Source: an uncultured Holophagales bacterium (GTDB taxonomy: Bacteria > Acidobacteriota > Thermoanaerobaculia > Multivoradales > UBA5704). Taken from it: a stretch of DNA of 64,000 bases. This document shows, piece by piece, positions 63,056-64,000 of the stretch. The notes beneath the pieces were generated by a model. It did no database searches. It was given only the letters and a program-made list of their open reading frames with translations, and had not been told where the DNA came from. Within the stretch, counting starts at the first letter, position 1, and every line of letters begins with the position of its first letter. The stretch covers positions 320,001-384,000 of the forward strand of contig CAWJGT010000009.1 in NCBI GenBank assembly GCA_963842525.1, read 5' to 3'. Position numbers and translations under genes: made by a program.

Positions 63056-64000
63056 GGAGCCCGCCGACCGTGCTCGAGCTCCGCGACATCACCAAACGCT
63101 TCGGCGCCGTGCTCGCCAACGACCGGGTCGGCCTGCGGGTCGAGCCGGGGACGATCCATGCCATCGTCGGCGAGAACGGCGCCGGCAAGTCGACGGCGAT
63201 GCGCATCGCCTACGGCTTCTACGCCGCCGACTCCGGCGAGGTCCTGGTCGACGGCGAGGTGCGGCGGATCGAGTCGCCGCACGACGCGATCCGCCTCGGG
63301 GTCGGCATGGTGCACCAGCACTTCATGCTGGTCGACACCATGACCGTGGCCGAGAACATCGTGCTCGGTGCCGAGCCCGGGAGCGCCGTGGCGCTCGACC
63401 TCGCCGGCGCCGAGGAGCGGGTACGCGCCCTGTCGACCGAGCTCGGCCTCGCCGTGGACCCGCGCGCCCGCATCGAGGACCTCTCGGTCGGCCAGCAGCA
63501 GCGGGTCGAGCTGCTCAAGGCGCTCTACCGCAAGGCGCGACTGCTGATCCTCGACGAGCCGACCGCGGTGCTCACGCCGCAGGAGGTCGGCGAGCTGTTC
63601 GCGATCCTGCGCCGGATGCGTGCGCAGGGGAGCACGGTCGTCATCATCACGCACAAGCTCTCGGAGGTGCTCGAGCTTTCGGACGCTGTGACGGTGATGC
63701 GCGACGGCCGGGTGGTCGGCGGGCTGCAAGACCGCCGACACGAACGCCGACCGAGCTCGCCCGCCTGATGGTGGGCCGCGACGTGCTGCTGCGCGTCGAG
63801 AAGGCGCCGGCCAAGCCCGGCGCGGTCGTCCTCGAGGCGCGCGACCTGGCGGTGACCGCTTCCGACGGCACGCGGCCTCTGGCCGGCGTCTCGTTCGACC
63901 TCCGCGCCGGCGAGATCGTCGGCGTCGCCGGGGTCGAGGGCAACGGCCAGACGGAGCTGGTCGAGGCGCTCGCCGGCCTCGTCGCTCCGCAGCACATCGC
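63052..64000 (+). CDS. Sugar/nucleoside ABC ATP-binding protein (frameshift near 63725; runs off the window)
   Basis: [40 protein letters not shown]. Confidence 0.93.

Overview
A GC-rich bacterial chromosomal window, probably Acidobacteriota (Thermoanaerobaculia-like); this is inferred from two tandem ADOP-type orphan permeases and the gene styles. More than a dozen otherwise intact genes, including ligA, carry single-base frameshifts, most likely long-read indel errors. Main contents: (1) a lower-GC defence island at about 1.5-8.35 kb (vsr, dcm, MORC/GHKL ATPase, Z1 helicase-like, DUF4420 nuclease) that truncates a resident gene; (2) a small secreted peptide with three GxxGxGLDPxG cores next to that truncated gene; (3) housekeeping and stress genes (polX, tandem-domain rnhA, msrB, ligA, glycosyltransferases, SDR, SRPBCC, a triheme TsdA-like cytochrome); (4) a sigma-54 activator, a consensus -24/-12 promoter, three unknown proteins and a TPR Ser/Thr kinase forming one module; (5) many toxin-antitoxin and Uma2 genes, a nuclease-DinG helicase and two sulfatases; (6) a direct-repeat-flanked MNT/HEPN cassette; (7) an 814-nt ORF-less group II intron with a non-canonical CUGCG 5' end that splits the 3' end of a restriction-modification-like gene remnant; (8) several REP-like elements and arrays with about 21-bp periodicity; and (9) the start of a BMP/nucleoside ABC operon. 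No tRNA, rRNA or CRISPR array was seen.
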